Made by a program: the position numbers and the translations under genes
Notes under the pieces: generated by a model
Told to the model about the DNA's origin: nothing
Database searches by the model: none
What the model saw: only the letters and a program-made list of their open reading frames with translations
Virus genome (UHGV): UHGV-0129844
Source of the DNA: a virus
DNA length: 10,383 nucleotides
Reading direction: 5' to 3' (one strand)
Shown: positions 6,959 through 10,383 of the stretch, one piece after another
Position numbering within the stretch: position 1 is the stretch's first letter
Layout of the letters: each line of letters begins with the position of its first letter

Positions 6959-7847
6959 CGTGTTCACCCTCACGAACTTTCAGGTAGGTATTATCGTTAA
7001 GCAGGAAATCAAATCCCTTTTTGTGCCAGACGGTTCCGCGTTGATGGTTTGGACGCTCTTCGAACATCCATCGGCAATTTTCGCCTACGTAGCTCAAATA
7101 ATTTCTCCAGTCCTGCATCGTGAACCCATGCCCGTCAAGCTGGCGGGTTATCACTCCGGCTTTGCGCCAGAACGTTCGGATCTGGTTTTTACGCTTGTCA
7201 TTCAGTGCGCGGATTTTTGGCGCTTCAGGAAGGATTTCGTGGTAAGCATCGACAACATCCTGACAGCTAACGGAAGGTTTTTTCTTGTCAGACTTTTTGT
7301 CTGCTGTGGCACTCTCTAATACGTCAGTATTAGAGATAATATTATTATATTCTTTATCTGTGGTAATTTGCTGGTAATCTGCTGGTACAGTATTGCTTAC
7401 AGGCATTGGTATTGCTGGCTTTGAGGTGGTAATTTGCTGGTAATCTGCTGGTACAAAATTTGACTGATAATCGTCATATTTCTCTACCGAGAAAACTGAG
7501 AATTTACCGTGTGAAACCCAGTCAATCATGCCGAGTTTTTTGAACTTTCTAAGCAGGTACTGAACGCGATCTGGTTTGAGTCCTGTTTCAAACGCCAGAG
7601 AGTTTCTACCGCCAAGTAGCTTCCCTCTGCCTACCAGAATTTCTCCTGCGTCAGTCATTACATACTCAGGCGTATGCTTTGCTTTGAGGATTAAGTGAAC
7701 CCACAGATGCGCTGCTTCTGCGTCCTTGTAAAACGGCACATCCATAATTTTACGGTGCAGCAAGGCATACCCCTTACCGCTGCTTTGATGCGGTTGTTGT
7801 AGCCTTCTGGCCTCTCTGGCTTCGGCTAGATTAGATATGTTACTCAT
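6948..7847 (-). CDS. Replication initiator protein (functional analogue of lambda O / P22 gp18; not lambda O by sequence), 299 aa
   Basis: It sits where O would be, directly after cII/oop and before the helicase. The ori-type iteron repeats lie inside its coding sequence and encode the repeated peptide [11 protein letters not shown] strong AAGGAG lies 7 nt upstream of the ATG. Confidence 0.78.
   Translation of the reverse strand: MSNISNLAEAREARRLQQPHQSSGKGYALLHRKIMDVPFYKDAEAAHLWVHLILKAKHTPEYVMTDAGEILVGRGKLLGGRNSLAFETGLKPDRVQYLLRKFKKLGMIDWVSHGKFSVFSVEKYDDYQSNFVPADYQQITTSKPAIPMPVSNTVPADYQQITTDKEYNNIISNTDVLESATADKKSDKKKPSVSCQDVVDAYHEILPEAPKIRALNDKRKNQIRTFWRKAGVITRQLDGHGFTMQDWRNYLSYVGENCRWMFEERPNHQRGTVWHKKGFDFLLNDNTYLKVREGEHDDR
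7361..7455. repeat. Origin-type iterons: two identical 29-bp direct repeats with nested GCTGGTAAT/GCTGGTACA sub-repeats, flanked by an AT-rich tract
   Basis: TGGTAATTTGCTGGTAATCTGCTGGTACA occurs at 7361-7389 and again at 7427-7455. The degenerate copy GGTATTGCTGG lies between them, and the AT-rich stretch GATAATATTATTATATTCTTTATCT lies at about 7335-7359. Confidence 0.7.
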
Positions 7848-7986
7848 GACCTTTCTCCTTCTGCATCAGCTTCACCTTTTCCAACTCAGCCCGGAATCGA
7901 CCAGGCTGCTTGAAGCTGGACAGGAAGCGATCACGTAGTATGTGTTTGTGAATTTTGTCCTGGTAAGGACTGAGTTGTTTTGTCAT
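7840..7986 (-). CDS. Hypothetical basic 48-aa protein (below the ORF track cutoff; hand-translated)
   Basis: Reverse complement reads ATG ACA AAA CAA CTC AGT ... = [49 protein letters not shown] strong AGGAG lies 5 nt upstream of the ATG. Its stop falls just inside the initiator start region. Confidence 0.4.
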   Translation of the reverse strand: MTKQLSPYQDKIHKHILRDRFLSSFKQPGRFRAELEKVKLMQKEKGHE

Positions 7987-7996
7987 AATTACTCCT
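7955..7996 (+). promoter_or_regulatory. PO promoter for oop RNA (approximate)
   Basis: The -10-like CATAAT at 7984-7989 lies 7 nt upstream of the oop 5' end. The -35 element is not confidently placed. Confidence 0.5.
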
Positions 7997-8073
7997 GTTG
8001 ATAGATCCAGTAATGACCTCAGAACTCCATCTGGATTTGTTCAGAACGCTCGGTTGCCGCCGGGCGTTTTTTA
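7997..8073 (+). ncRNA. oop: oop antisense RNA, about 77 nt, overlapping the 3' end of cII
   Basis: GTTGATAGATCCAGTAATGACCTCAGAACTCCATCTGGATTTGTTCAGAACGCTCGGTTGCCGCCGGGCGTTTTTTATT matches lambda oop RNA including its terminator hairpin and U-tract (memory). It overlaps the cII 3' end by about 55 nt on the opposite strand. Confidence 0.85.
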
Positions 8074-8312
8074 TTGGTGAGAATCGAAGCAACTTGTCGT
8101 GCCAATCGAGCCATGTCGTCGTCAACGACGCCCCATTCAAGAACAGCAAGCAGCATTGAGAACTTTGGAATCCAGTCCCTCTTCCACCTGCTGATCTGCG
8201 ACTTATCAACTCCCACAGCTTCCGCTGTCTTCTCAGTTCCAAGCATTGCGATTTTGTTAAGCAACGCACTCTCGATTCTTAGAGCCTCGTTGCGTTTGTT
8301 TGCACGAACCAT
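8019..8312 (-). CDS. cII: Transcriptional activator CII, 97 aa
   Basis: From the internal Met of the 117-aa track ORF: [51 protein letters not shown]...[10 protein letters not shown], which is lambda CII. The Shine-Dalgarno AAGGA lies upstream of the ATG at 8312. Confidence 0.95.
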   Translation of the reverse strand: MVRANKRNEALRIESALLNKIAMLGTEKTAEAVGVDKSQISRWKRDWIPKFSMLLAVLEWGVVDDDMARLARQVASILTNKKRPAATERSEQIQMEF

Positions 8313-8322
8313 ATGTAAGTAT
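8290..8322 (+). promoter_or_regulatory. PRE promoter with CII-binding TTGC-N6-TTGC repeats
   Basis: TTGC (8290-8293), six bases, TTGC (8300-8303), then the -10-like AAGTAT (8317-8322) on the plus strand, overlapping the cII start as in lambda. Confidence 0.8.
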
Positions 8323-8391
8323 TTCCTTAGATAACAATTGATTGAATGTATGCAAATAAATGCATACACCATAAGTGTGGTTTAATTTGAT

Positions 8392-8423
8392 GCCCTTTTT
8401 CAGGGCTGGGATGTGTAAGAGCG
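8392..8423 (-). promoter_or_regulatory. nutR N-utilisation site (boxA and boxB); the rho-dependent tR1 region lies between it and cII
   Basis: On the minus strand, boxA CGCTCTTA (plus-strand taagagcg, 8416-8423) is followed by the boxB hairpin GCCCTGAAAAAGGGC (plus-strand gccctttttcagggc, 8392-8406). Confidence 0.88.
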
Positions 8424-8430
8424 GGGTTAT

Positions 8431-8640
<210 letters not shown>

Positions 8641-8655
8641 TTAGTACATGCAACT

Positions 8656-8725
8656 ATTATCACCGCTAGAGGTAAAATAGTCAACACGCACGGTGTTAGA
8701 TATTTATCCCTTGCGGTGATAGATT
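8656..8725. promoter_or_regulatory. Right operator OR1-OR2-OR3 with divergent promoters PR (towards cro) and PRM (towards cI)
   Basis: OR1 at 8658-8674 (TATCACCGCTAGAGGTA), OR2 at 8682-8698 (CAACACGCACGGTGTTA), OR3 at 8705-8721 (TATCCCTTGCGGTGATA). PR on the minus strand: -35 TTGACT (8679-8684) and -10 GATAAT (8656-8661). PRM on the plus strand: -35 TAGATA (8696-8701) and -10 TAGATT (8720-8725), leaderless into the cI ATG. Confidence 0.9.
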
Positions 8726-8728
8726 TAA

Positions 8729-9445
<717 letters not shown>

Positions 9446-9476
9446 TTCAACGCAGCAAAAAAGGGTAATTCAATTA

Positions 9477-10349
9477 ATGGAACATGATGATTTACAGCAA
9501 TTACCATCCCCATTCGCAAAATGGAAGGGGAAGATCGACTTAGGTGGTGAAAGTATTGATTGCTATGTGCTTGACACTGGACATCGTGTTATAGCTTTGC
9601 GAGCAACTGTAAAAGCAATTGCCAATGCGGAGTCAGGAGACCTGGCTAAATTTATTGGCGTTAGCTCACTTAATGGCTTTATAGACAAAGACTTAGTCCT
9701 GGCCGAACTCATAGAGTTTTCCATACCAGGAACCCAATTTAAGAGCCAAGGACTTAAGACTGAGCAATTTGAATTGATTTGTCGCGGCTATGTACAGGCG
9801 CTATACAAAGGCGCGCCATTGACAGATAGACAGCGAGAAATAGCAATTAAATGTGCTGTATTAACAGCAGGTTTAACCAGGACTGGGTTAGATGCTCTAA
9901 TTGATGAGGCTACTGGGTATCAGTATGAGCGCGCAGAGGATGCTCTCCAAGTAAAACTCAGGGCGTTCATCGCTGAGGAACTAAGAGCATGGGAAAAAAC
10001 ATTTCCTGATGAGTTATGGGAAGAATTTGGTAGATTGACAGGATGGAGTACCCCATTGCAATCAAGGCCCAAATGGTGGGGGAAATTAGTTATAGAGTTA
10101 ATTTATGACACTCTTGACGAAGATGTGGCTAAATATCTTAAAGAAAACAAGCCTGCGGCAGGAGTTCACTGGCATAGACAGTTAACCGAGAACCTAGGTG
10201 TAAGGCAGCTTGTATCAAGGTGCTGGGAGGTTATTGGGGTCGCAAAAACATGCGACACCATGCATGAGCTAAGAAGTCGAGTTGCTCAACACTATGGAAA
10301 GAAACCTGTTCAAATGACAATGTATTTACCGGAAAAAGAAATTAAATAA
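9477..10349 (+). CDS. Hypothetical soluble protein, about 290 aa, in the position lambda uses for rexA-rexB
   Basis: The ORF is in frame from 9381, but the first ATG after the cI stop is at 9477 (MEHDDLQQLPSPFAKWKGKIDLGG...) with an AAAAGGG motif upstream. It has no long hydrophobic segments and no resemblance to RexA or RexB. It ends KEIK* directly before an intrinsic terminator. Confidence 0.7.
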   Translation: MEHDDLQQLPSPFAKWKGKIDLGGESIDCYVLDTGHRVIALRATVKAIANAESGDLAKFIGVSSLNGFIDKDLVLAELIEFSIPGTQFKSQGLKTEQFELICRGYVQALYKGAPLTDRQREIAIKCAVLTAGLTRTGLDALIDEATGYQYERAEDALQVKLRAFIAEELRAWEKTFPDELWEEFGRLTGWSTPLQSRPKWWGKLVIELIYDTLDEDVAKYLKENKPAAGVHWHRQLTENLGVRQLVSRCWEVIGVAKTCDTMHELRSRVAQHYGKKPVQMTMYLPEKEIK

Positions 10350-10356
10350 TATACAA

Positions 10357-10382
10357 CCCGGCCTCAGCGCCGGGTTTTCTTT
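10357..10382 (+). terminator. Intrinsic terminator closing the cI-cargo operon
   Basis: CCCGGC (10357-10362), loop CTCAGC, GCCGGG (10369-10374), giving a perfect 6-bp GC stem followed by TTTTCTTT. Confidence 0.75.
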
Positions 10383-10383
10383 G

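Noticed and set aside
7361-7455. Possible CRISPR array or insertion-sequence terminal repeats
   Set aside because: There are only two long copies plus sub-repeats, the spacing is 66 bp with no spacer-repeat periodicity, and they lie inside a replication initiator gene, which is the signature of ori iterons. No transposase or cas gene is present in the window.
7931-8372. 112-aa and 86-aa ORFs overlapping cII, and the 117-aa N-terminally extended cII frame
   Set aside because: cII is the lambda 97-aa protein starting at the ATG at 8312. The others are alternative-frame or antisense shadows, and the extension would run through PRE and the tR1 region.

Overview
This window is a lambdoid prophage segment read on the reverse strand, running from the immunity region through the replication and nin regions to the late lysis genes. 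Apart from cI, the 290-aa gene after it, oop RNA and the PRE promoter, every feature is on the minus strand. Gene order in transcription direction (high to low coordinates) is: cro, nutR, cII (with antisense oop RNA), a 48-aa ORF, an O-like replication initiator with internal ori iterons, a DnaB-type helicase, a tR2-like terminator, two unknown small genes, ninB, a Dam-like adenine methyltransferase, ninE, ninF, ninG, ninH, a Ser/Thr phosphatase, Q, the PR'/6S RNA/tR' unit, two tandem tRNA-like genes, S, R and the start of Rz. On the plus strand sit a lambda-type cI repressor with the OR1-3 operators, followed by an unrecognised 290-aa gene and a terminator in the position where lambda carries rexAB. 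The phage is mosaic: immunity, Q, nin and lysis genes look like lambda, while the replication module, the methyltransferase, the tRNA block and the post-cI gene are not lambda. All identifications rest on reading the supplied translations and sequence against remembered lambda proteins and sites; no database search was run. The best candidates for something undescribed are the post-cI gene, the tRNA pair in the late leader, and the two-gene block after the tR2-like terminator.
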